Shown piece after piece: positions 24,230 through 30,671 of a stretch of 41,697 bases of DNA. Within the stretch, counting starts at the first letter, position 1. Each line of letters begins with the position of its first letter. The DNA lies in contig JANMFL010000194.1 in assembly GCA_031377945.1 (NCBI GenBank), positions 1 to 41,697 on the forward strand, given 5' to 3'. The position numbers were made by a program, and so were the translations under genes. The DNA comes from Acidimicrobiaceae bacterium (GTDB lineage: Bacteria; Actinomycetota; Acidimicrobiia; Acidimicrobiales; Ilumatobacteraceae). The notes below the pieces were generated by a model that ran no database searches, had not been told where the DNA came from, and was given only the letters and a program-made list of their open reading frames with translations.

Positions 24230-25135
24230 ATGCGTCGCCACTCTGCTGTGCCCCTCGTCGGCCTCGTCGGTCTCGTCGGTCTCGTCCTCCTCGCGTCCTG
24301 CTCGTCGGACGGCGAGCGAACCCGCCCGACCCTGCCCAGCCGCACCACCGTCGCGTCGAGCGAGCCAGGGGCCACCGCTCCGCCGGCCACCGACCCGCCG
24401 GCGACCGACCCGCCGCCGGTGCAGTCCACCGTGCCGGCGCCCGAGGCCACTCCGCCGGGCACCGAGGCCACTCCGCCGGGCACCGATGCCACTCCACCGG
24501 GCACCGATGCCACCGTTCCCGCGACCACGGCGCCGGTGACCGCAGCACCGACGACGGCGGCGCCGGTCACCGCAGCACCCACCACGGCAGCCCCCGACAC
24601 CGTGCCGGTCACGGAGCCGTCGCCCGAGACCACCGCACCTGTCGAGGTCGACGGCGAGGGTGACGACGACGGGATCACCTGGTGGCCGTGGGCGCTCCTC
24701 GCTGGCTTCCTCGGCGGCCTCGCCGCGCTGCTGTTGCGCCGGCGAGGGCCGAAGTGGCCCGAGAAGGTGACGGTGCTGCTCGACGAACTCGACAGCCGGA
24801 CCGCCCACCTGTCAGCACACACGCCCGAGGGGCTGCGTGCCATCGCTCAGACCGAAGCCGCCGCACTCGCCAGCCTCCGAGCTCGACTGCGTGATCTGGT
24901 CGCTGCCGCACCCGACGATCAGCAGCGTGCGTTGCTCGCCCCGCTCACGGTGCCCGTCGCCGATCTGCACACGGTCGTCGGTGCCGTGGCCCTCTCGCCC
25001 TTGCTTCCGACGCCCGAGGAGCACCAGGCGGTGGTGCGTGCTGCAGCTGTCGTGAACACCACCTCGGCAACGGCACGCGTCTCGATCGTTCCTCCGCCGC
25101 CCCCGCCCTCGCCCTCGAACTCCGTGGGCGGCTGA
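24230..25135 (+). CDS. Pro/Thr-rich lipoprotein with an additional transmembrane helix; function unknown
   Basis: ATG 24230 gives MRRHSAVPLVGLVGLVGLVLLASCSS (lipobox LLASC). Tandem peptide repeats EATPPGT/DATPPGT are encoded by a 21-bp unit x4 at about 24443-24526, and there are APVTAAPTTA repeats. The TM helix is WWPWALLAGFLGGLAALLLRRR, followed by an Ala/Leu-rich C-terminal domain. Confidence 0.7.
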   Translation: MRRHSAVPLVGLVGLVGLVLLASCSSDGERTRPTLPSRTTVASSEPGATAPPATDPPATDPPPVQSTVPAPEATPPGTEATPPGTDATPPGTDATVPATTAPVTAAPTTAAPVTAAPTTAAPDTVPVTEPSPETTAPVEVDGEGDDDGITWWPWALLAGFLGGLAALLLRRRGPKWPEKVTVLLDELDSRTAHLSAHTPEGLRAIAQTEAAALASLRARLRDLVAAAPDDQQRALLAPLTVPVADLHTVVGAVALSPLLPTPEEHQAVVRAAAVVNTTSATARVSIVPPPPPPSPSNSVGG

Positions 25136-25142
25136 TCCGTCT

Positions 25143-25175
25143 CGGCTGCCGACTCGCTGACGCGGTCGGCAGCCG
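25143..25175. terminator. Perfect 11-bp stem / 11-nt loop hairpin between convergent genes (candidate bidirectional terminator)
   Basis: The arms are CGGCTGCCGAC (25143-25153) and GTCGGCAGCCG (25165-25175). The hairpin lies between the stops at 25135 (+) and 25182 (-). No U-tract follows, so it would be a GC-hairpin-type terminator. Confidence 0.5.
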
Positions 25176-25181
25176 TCCCGC

Positions 25182-25592
25182 TCACGCGGTGAGTGTGTCG
25201 GCGAGCGCCTGAAGGTTGCGGTAGGCGCGGTCGGCGTCGGCGGGCCGGCTGCGGTCGGCAGCGGCCCGGCAGCGGCGCACGATGAACTCGAACGACGGCA
25301 CCAGATCCTCGTGCTCCGCGGTGATCTCGGGTCGCATCGCGGTCCACAGCTGCTCGATGAGCGTCGCGCTGGCGTCGTCGCCGGCGTTGGCGGCCACCCG
25401 TTCGGACAGGGCCTTCACCTCGGCCAGCATGACCGGGAGCAGGTCGGCGACGGTGCCGGTGGGCAGCGTGGTGGTGACCGCGACGGTCGTGGTGGTGTTG
25501 GCGATGCTTGCGTCGAACGACGTGCTGCACCCCGACACGGCGAGCACCGCGAGCGACGCGCCCAGCAGGGCGAGCGGAGTGCGGCGACTCAC
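25182..25592 (-). CDS. Small lipoprotein of unknown function, translationally coupled to the DtxR-family regulator
   Basis: GTG 25592 gives VSRRTPLALLGASLAVLAVSGCSTS (lipobox). The GTG overlaps the regulator's TGA as GTGA (25589-25592). Third-position GC is high throughout. Confidence 0.65.
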   Translation of the reverse strand: MSRRTPLALLGASLAVLAVSGCSTSFDASIANTTTTVAVTTTLPTGTVADLLPVMLAEVKALSERVAANAGDDASATLIEQLWTAMRPEITAEHEDLVPSFEFIVRRCRAAADRSRPADADRAYRNLQALADTLTA

Positions 25593-26248
25593 GCGAGCAC
25601 CAGGATGCGGGCGCTGGCGAACGAGCCGACGCCGATGTGCCGTCCCTCGATCTCGATGGTGACGGTGCCGTCGGGCGACGACGCGGTGATCGTGCCCGAG
25701 TGGCCGGGGAGGATGCTGCTCTCCTCCAGGAAGTCGAGCAGGCCCGGTGTGAACTCGAGTTCCTCGGGGATGCGCGACACGGTGAACGAGCTGCCGACTC
25801 GGATCTCCGCGAGCGGCACCATGCTGGGCGCGTCGTACGACGAACCGGGAATGGGGTTGCCGTGCGGGCAGGTGGTCGGGTTGCCGAGGACCCGGTCCAT
25901 CGCAGCCTCGACGGCATCGCTCATGACGTGTTCCCACTTGCCGGCCTCGTGATGGGCGTCGGCCCACGACAGGCCGAGCAGATCGGTGAGGAACCGTTCG
26001 GCGAGGCGGTGACGACGAACCACCTGCTGGGCGAGTGCCTCGCCGCGAACGGTGAGGCGGATGCGGCCGTCGGTGGTGATCAGCCCTTCGGCCTCGAGTC
26101 GCTTGGTCATCTCACTGACGGCGGGACGGCTCACCTGCAGCCGCTCGGCGATGCGCGCCTGGATGACCGCGACGTCGTCCTCCTGCAGTTCGAAGATGCA
26201 CTCGCAGTACTCCTCGAAGGCGGGGTGGTGCTCTCCGCTGGCGGCCAT
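25589..26248 (-). CDS. DtxR/IdeR/MntR-family metal-dependent transcriptional regulator with a C-terminal SH3-like domain
   Basis: ATG 26248 gives MAASGEHHPAFEEYCECIFELQEDDVAVIQARIAERLQVSRPAVSEMTKRLEAEGLI. The sequence RRHRLAERFLTDLLGLSWADAHHEAGKWEHVMS...NPTTCPHGNPIPG is colinear with IdeR as I recall it (RKHRLAERLL...HAEACRWEHVMS...NPTTSPFGNPIPG). Confidence 0.9.
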   Translation of the reverse strand: MAASGEHHPAFEEYCECIFELQEDDVAVIQARIAERLQVSRPAVSEMTKRLEAEGLITTDGRIRLTVRGEALAQQVVRRHRLAERFLTDLLGLSWADAHHEAGKWEHVMSDAVEAAMDRVLGNPTTCPHGNPIPGSSYDAPSMVPLAEIRVGSSFTVSRIPEELEFTPGLLDFLEESSILPGHSGTITASSPDGTVTIEIEGRHIGVGSFASARILVLA

Positions 26249-26300
26249 GGGCGCAAGGCTATCGGTGGCCAGGCGTCCGTCCGTGTCGGCCTCGGCCGCT

Positions 26301-26385
26301 CCTTGGCGACCGGGCCAGTGGGCGCGAGACGTCCCGAATCTGGGACATTCGTCGCCCGTGTGCGCGAAATGTCCCGAATCTGGGA
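26301..26385 (-). repeat. Copy B (inverted orientation) of the ~85-bp dispersed two-hairpin element
   Basis: The sub-repeats are gcgcgagacGTCCCGAATCTGGGAc (26322-26346) and gcgcgaaatGTCCCGAATCTGGGAg (26362-26386), again 40 bp apart. The reverse complement aligns with 9190..9273. It lies between the helicase stop (26473) and the regulator start (26248), co-oriented with the regulator. Confidence 0.85.
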
Positions 26386-26472
26386 GGAAGCGCGCCCAAC
26401 TTCGAGCGACCCGAGTTGCCGCTCTGTGCTCTGGCCAAGTCCCTCGCAGGCGGCGAGATGGGACACACGCGC

Positions 26473-28128
26473 TCAGCGTCGACGAAGCCACGTCTCGCCG
26501 TGGCGCAGGCGTCGTTCGAGTTGGTCGTTGGTGGCGCTGCCGACCGAGGTGATGCCCGACAGTCGGTTCAGTTCGGCCTGCACCTTGGCGTGGCCCCAGC
26601 CGGTGAAGTCGACCAGGCGTTTGGCGATGTCGAAGTTCAGCTGCCGCAGTTCTTCCTTGCGCTCGGCGATGCTCTTCGACCCGGGCAGCATGAAGCCTGC
26701 GTCGGTGGGCACCTCGGGCAGCTCGATGGCGAGTCCGTCGAGTTCGGTGGACTCCGGCTCCGGCACGTCGGGCTCGTCGTCGAACAGGGTGAGCCCGTCC
26801 TCGGTGAACGCGTGGACGGTCATGCCGGTGGCGACCGAACCGATGACGCTGAACAGCGACAGCTGTTCGGGCATCAGGTCCAACTCGCGCTTCGCCTCGG
26901 CCTCGAGTTGCTCGGGCGTGAACTCGTCGTCGCGGTCGGCGGGGGGTGTCAGTACGTGCCTGCGAGCCTCGGCGATCTGGAATGCGTGGGTGCGCAGCCG
27001 GGGGTCGTCGGGGAGGAACACGTAGGCCTTCTGGCTGGACATGCCCTTGGTCCAGCGCACGAATCGGCCGACCGCCTGGCGAAAGAACAGCTCGGTGACC
27101 ACCGTGCTGGCGTACACACCGACCCGCAGCCGCGGGATGTCGACACCCTCGCTGACCATGCGCACGGCGACGAGCCACGGCCGGGTTCCTGCGGCGAACG
27201 CGGCGATCTTGCTGCTCGCATCGGGGTCGTCGCTGACGACGATCTCGGCCTCGACTCGGTACCGGTGGCGAATGAGCCGGGCGATGTCGCGCGCATGGTC
27301 CTGATCCATCGCGATGGCCAGGCCTGCCGCGTCGGGGTGGGTGCGGCGGATGGTCATCAGCCGATCGTGCGCCTGGTCGACGACGGCCGGCAGCCAGTCG
27401 CCCTCCAGGCTGAGCGCGGCGCGCAGTCGGTGTGACGCGCCGGTGCGGTCGAGCTCGTCGTGGAAGTTGGCCGAGAGGATGCTGCCGTCGGGGGCGCTCC
27501 ACTCCATCAGGCCGTCGAACCGGGGGAAGTAGACCGGTCGGACGACGCCGCCGTCGCGCAGCGCGTCGGCGTAGCCGTACGTGTAGTCGGGCTGGGCCTC
27601 CCCGCCGACTCCGGTCTCTTCGTAGCGCACGAACGGGATGCTCGCTGTGTCGCTGCGGAACGGTGTGCCGCTCAGGCACAGTCGGCGTTGGGCGTGTTCG
27701 AACGCCGTGCGCACGCCGTCGCCCCACGCCCGTTCGTCGCCGGCGTGGTGCACTTCGTCGAGCACCACGAACGCGTCGTGCGACAAGCCGCGCAACTTCT
27801 TGGCGGTGTCGGCCGTGGCGACCTGCTGGAAGGTGGTGACGATGCCGTGCACGTCCTTGGCCACACCGTCGTTGGGTGACCAGTTGGGATCGACGTGCAG
27901 ACCCATGCGGTGGGCGCTCGCCGCCCACTGCGTCTTCAGGTGGGTGGTGGGGGCGACGATCACCAGTCGTCGCCGCTCGTTGCCGAGCGCCCAGCGTGCG
28001 CAGGCGAGTGCGAACGTGGTCTTTCCCGCGCCGGGCGTGGCCACGGCGAGGAAGTCCTTCTGCTCGCTCGCGGCGAACTTGTCGAAGGCCTCGCGCTGCC
28101 ATTGACGGAGTTGCACTCGGTCGCTCAT
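26473..28128 (-). CDS. SF2 DEAD/DEAH-box (ResIII-like) helicase
   Basis: ATG 28128 gives MSDRVQLRQWQREAFDKFAASEQKDFLAVATPGAGKTTFAL (Walker A). Further motifs are VVLDEVHHAG (motif II), LSGTPFRSD (III) and FRQAVGRFVRW (VI). About 170 aa of C-terminal extension follow. The track ORF's extra N-terminus translates the 11-bp repeat array and is not credible. Confidence 0.85.
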   Translation of the reverse strand: MSDRVQLRQWQREAFDKFAASEQKDFLAVATPGAGKTTFALACARWALGNERRRLVIVAPTTHLKTQWAASAHRMGLHVDPNWSPNDGVAKDVHGIVTTFQQVATADTAKKLRGLSHDAFVVLDEVHHAGDERAWGDGVRTAFEHAQRRLCLSGTPFRSDTASIPFVRYEETGVGGEAQPDYTYGYADALRDGGVVRPVYFPRFDGLMEWSAPDGSILSANFHDELDRTGASHRLRAALSLEGDWLPAVVDQAHDRLMTIRRTHPDAAGLAIAMDQDHARDIARLIRHRYRVEAEIVVSDDPDASSKIAAFAAGTRPWLVAVRMVSEGVDIPRLRVGVYASTVVTELFFRQAVGRFVRWTKGMSSQKAYVFLPDDPRLRTHAFQIAEARRHVLTPPADRDDEFTPEQLEAEAKRELDLMPEQLSLFSVIGSVATGMTVHAFTEDGLTLFDDEPDVPEPESTELDGLAIELPEVPTDAGFMLPGSKSIAERKEELRQLNFDIAKRLVDFTGWGHAKVQAELNRLSGITSVGSATNDQLERRLRHGETWLRRR

Positions 28129-28168
28129 GGGAACCACCGAGTCTGCCCGGTCACGATCGCACTTGCGC

Positions 28169-28257
28169 GAACCCTCGCCGAAACCGCTCCGAAACGCCTC
28201 CGGAACCCCTTCTGACCCCCTCCGGAACCCCTCCTGAACCCCTCCTGAACCCCTCCT
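28169..28257 (-). repeat. Eight phased ~11-bp repeats (minus-strand RGGAGGGGTTC), the last three identical; G-quadruplex-capable on the helicase sense strand
   Basis: Plus-strand units are gaaccctcgcc, gaaaccgctcc, gaaacgcctcc, (g), gaaccccttct, gaccccctccg, then gaacccctcct x3. C-runs of 4-5 nt at 28206, 28216, 28228, 28239 and 28250 are separated by 6-7 nt. Confidence 0.8.
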
Positions 28258-28288
28258 GTCGGCACCGAGCGCAGTCAGATGACGCCGT

Positions 28289-28321
28289 GTTCGGCAGCAA
28301 GCATGGGTGGATGGTAGGAAA
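28289..28321 (+). repeat. Left terminal inverted repeat
   Basis: GTTCGGCAGCAAGCATGGGTGGATGGTAGGAAA compared with the reverse complement of the right end, GTTCGGCAGCAAGCATGGGTGATTGGTAGGAAA. 31 of 33 positions match. Confidence 0.85.
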
Positions 28322-28353
28322 CTCCGCCACACCCCGTGACGACACTGGCTTGT

Positions 28354-29814
28354 ATGGGAGGCGAAGACCAGCTCGTGACCCGAGCGGTGATGTTCACGCT
28401 CGACGTGTCGCCGGCCCAGGATCAGATGCTGCGCAACTACTGCGGTGCAGCCAGGTTCGGGTACAACTGGGTGCTCGACCAGGCGACAGAGAACCTTGCG
28501 ACACGCTCGGCCGAACGTGAAGCGGGCGTTGCCGAGGACCGGTTGACGCCGGCGATGTCATGGTCTGCATACTCATTCCGCAAACAGTTCAACGCCGAGA
28601 AGACGGACGCCGCACCGTGGGCTGGTGAGGTCGCGAAGCACTGCTTCGACACCGGGATCAGCCAGTCTGCCGACGCCTTGAAGAACTGGTCCCTGTCACG
28701 CAAGGGCGAGCGTGCAGGTGCCCGGATGGGGTTCCCCAAGTTCAAGTCCCGCAAGACCGCGAAGCTGTCCGTGAGCTTCGTCGAGCTCAACCATCAGCTG
28801 TCGTGGTTCCACGACTCAAGACACGCGGTCCGGTTGATGCTGCCCCAGGCGCTGCTGCAGTCGAAGGACCGGCATGTGCGCGCCAAGATGCAGCAGCTCG
28901 TCTGGTTGCACACGATCGAGTCGACCCGACGGCTGTACCGGCTCGTCGAACAGGATCGGGCCACGATCCAGAAGGTGACGATCTCCTACACCGGGGGCCG
29001 TTGGCAAGCGTCGTTCCAGGTTCGTTACCGGGTCGACGCAGCACCGCAGAAGCGCGGTCACACCCGCATCGGTGGTGCATGCGGTGTCGATCTCGGTGTG
29101 ACCCATCTGACGACCCTGTCACGGGCGGTACCGGGTGTCAGCGACATTGAAGGTCACGTGTCGAACCCGCGACCGCTCGCGGTACAGCTCCACCGTCTGC
29201 GGGACCTCGACCGACGGTTGGCACGCTGCCAGGCCGGATCGAAGAACCGGGCCAAGCTCGTACGCCGGCGGGCCAGGTTGCACGGCCGGATCACCAAGAC
29301 CCGTGCGGCGGCACAGCATGCATTGGCCAACGAGCTCGCGGCACGGTTCGACCTGGTCGGCATCGAAGATCTCAACGTGCGTGGCATGTCGCACAACCGG
29401 CCGCTCGCCCGCGCCCTCGCCGACGCCGGTTTGGGCCAGCTCACCGAGTTCATCATCACCGAATGCGCCGACCGTGGCACACCGCTCGTGAAGGTGGGCC
29501 GGTTCTATCCGTCGTCGAAGACCTGCTCGAACTGTGGGACCGTGACAGCCAAGCTGTCCCTCAGCCAGAGGACCTTCGACTGCACCCAATGCGGCATCAG
29601 CGTCGATCGTGACGTGAACGCTGCACGCAACATCGAGCGTGAAGCCATCCGGCTCCACGCTCAACAGCAAGCCAGCCTCGAGCTGGAGGTCGCCGGGCTA
29701 CGACCGGAGACTCGAAACGCTGACCGGAGAACACACAAGACCTCCCCCACCAAGGTGGGGGAGGCAGTGTTCGTTGATGGCAGAACCAGGCAGCCGCACA
29801 CTCGTGTGGCATGA
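28354..29814 (+). CDS. tnpB: TnpB (IS200/IS605-family OrfB, RuvC-like RNA-guided endonuclease family)
   Basis: The track ORF starts at GTG 28336. ATG 28354 and GTG 28375 (VTRAVMFTLDVSPAQDQML, the usual TnpB N-terminus) are alternatives. The RuvC triad looks intact: GVDLGV (Asp), GIEDLNVRGM (Glu) and DRDVNAARNI (Asp). The zinc ribbon is CSNCG...CTQCG. Confidence 0.9.
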   Translation: MGGEDQLVTRAVMFTLDVSPAQDQMLRNYCGAARFGYNWVLDQATENLATRSAEREAGVAEDRLTPAMSWSAYSFRKQFNAEKTDAAPWAGEVAKHCFDTGISQSADALKNWSLSRKGERAGARMGFPKFKSRKTAKLSVSFVELNHQLSWFHDSRHAVRLMLPQALLQSKDRHVRAKMQQLVWLHTIESTRRLYRLVEQDRATIQKVTISYTGGRWQASFQVRYRVDAAPQKRGHTRIGGACGVDLGVTHLTTLSRAVPGVSDIEGHVSNPRPLAVQLHRLRDLDRRLARCQAGSKNRAKLVRRRARLHGRITKTRAAAQHALANELAARFDLVGIEDLNVRGMSHNRPLARALADAGLGQLTEFIITECADRGTPLVKVGRFYPSSKTCSNCGTVTAKLSLSQRTFDCTQCGISVDRDVNAARNIEREAIRLHAQQQASLELEVAGLRPETRNADRRTHKTSPTKVGEAVFVDGRTRQPHTRVA

Positions 29815-29875
29815 GACCTGGACGGGCCGACGGCAACGCCGGCCAGTACGGACAGTGAGCACCGAGCGGCAGGAT

Positions 29876-29908
29876 TTTCCTACCAATCACCCATGCTTGC
29901 TGCCGAAC
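29876..29908 (-). repeat. Right terminal inverted repeat
   Basis: tttcctaccaatcacccatgcttgctgccgaac is the partner of 28289-28321. It is followed by tt and then the 9-bp direct repeat. Confidence 0.85.
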
Positions 29909-30655
29909 TTAGATGACGCAGAGTTGCAAGCTGCCGGCCTGCAGGTTCGCGGTGGCGTCGACGAGTTCGGCCGGGGTCGGCTCGGTGAGTGTGGGGTCGT
30001 GGGGCCGAGTGCCGTGGCGACGGAATCCGATGACCTTGACCCGCATCGCAGGGTCGACCGAGGCCAACCACTCGCCGGTTCGACGCAGCAGATCGGGGGC
30101 GTCGTTGACGCCCTTCACGATGAGCAGGCGCACCTCGTACAGCCGGCCGATCGAGGCGAGCAGTTCGATGCTGCGCAGCACGGGTTCGTTGGACTGCCCG
30201 GTCATCGTGGTGTGGATGGCGTCGTCGAAGCACTTCAGGTCGATCATCGCCCCGTCGGTCACCGGCGCCAGACGTTCCCAGGTGGCGGTGTCGGTGGCGC
30301 CGTTCGAGTCCACGAAACACCGCAGCCGCGACAGTCGTCGGTCCTGCTTGACGGCCGTGAACAGTGCATGCACGAAGTCGGTCTGCAGCGTCGCCTCGCC
30401 GCCCGAGACCGTCAGTCCGCTGATGAACGGTTCGGCGCGGCGGATCTTCATCAGCAGGTCGCCCACGTTCGTCCGGAAGTGCTCACCCTCGGCCAACGGA
30501 ATGGTCTGCGGGTTGTGGCAGGCGATGCAGTCGAAGTTGCAACCCTGGAGGAACACCACGAACCGGTTGCCCGGGCCGTCGACGTTGCTGAACGTGATCG
30601 TGTCGGCGACGTACCCGACGGTGGCGGTCATCGGCGGGTGACTCGCCGGGGTCAT
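29909..30655 (-). CDS. yjjW: Glycyl-radical enzyme activating enzyme (radical SAM, YjjW-like)
   Basis: SNVDGPGNRFVVFLQGCNFDCIACHNP carries the CxxxCxxC cluster, and SGGEATLQ is also present. Three in-frame starts exist: GTG 30673, ATG 30655 and ATG 30631. The two ATG starts arise from a 24-bp tandem duplication. The stop TAA (29909-29911) is partly supplied by the IS end. Confidence 0.85.
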   Translation of the reverse strand: MTPASHPPMTATVGYVADTITFSNVDGPGNRFVVFLQGCNFDCIACHNPQTIPLAEGEHFRTNVGDLLMKIRRAEPFISGLTVSGGEATLQTDFVHALFTAVKQDRRLSRLRCFVDSNGATDTATWERLAPVTDGAMIDLKCFDDAIHTTMTGQSNEPVLRSIELLASIGRLYEVRLLIVKGVNDAPDLLRRTGEWLASVDPAMRVKVIGFRRHGTRPHDPTLTEPTPAELVDATANLQAGSLQLCVI

Positions 30656-30671
30656 CGGCGGGTCACTCGCC
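30626..30671. repeat. 24-bp tandem duplication at the yjjI/yjjW junction
   Basis: ggtcatcggcgggtGactcgcc (30626-30647) and ggtcatcggcgggtCactcgcc (30650-30671) have a 24-nt period and one mismatch. The duplication repeats the ATG and its upstream GGCGAG, giving the peptide repeats PPMTPA / PPMTAT. Confidence 0.85.

Larger units (their letters stand above)
28286..29910 (+). mobile_element. tnpB-only insertion element (1625 bp) with 33-bp terminal inverted repeats, flanked by the 9-bp direct repeat AGATGACGC
   Basis: The direct repeats are at 28277-28285 and 29911-29919. The TIRs are at 28289-28321 and 29876-29908. The single ORF is a TnpB/OrfB homologue. GC content is visibly lower than in the neighbouring genes. 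Confidence 0.8.

Noticed and set aside
26249-26472. An IdeR/DtxR iron box could lie upstream of the DtxR-family regulator.
   Set aside because: I could not find anything resembling TTAGGTTAGGCTAACCTAA by eye here or in the other intergenic regions of the window. The region is occupied by the 85-bp repeat instead.
28169-28257. The 11-bp array could be a CRISPR or a coding repeat.
   Set aside because: The units are contiguous with no spacers, far too short for CRISPR, and no cas genes are present. As coding sequence the array would add an implausible Gly/Arg-rich extension upstream of a helicase that already has a normal N-terminus.
28262-28274. An 10-11-nt match, GCACCGAGCG(G)CAG, occurs just outside the left end of the IS and also just inside its right end (29859-29872). 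It could be a guide/target relationship for TnpB.
   Set aside because: The match is short and imperfect. Its geometry does not fit how IS200/IS605 omega-RNA guides derive from DNA flanking the right end. Chance is the likelier explanation.
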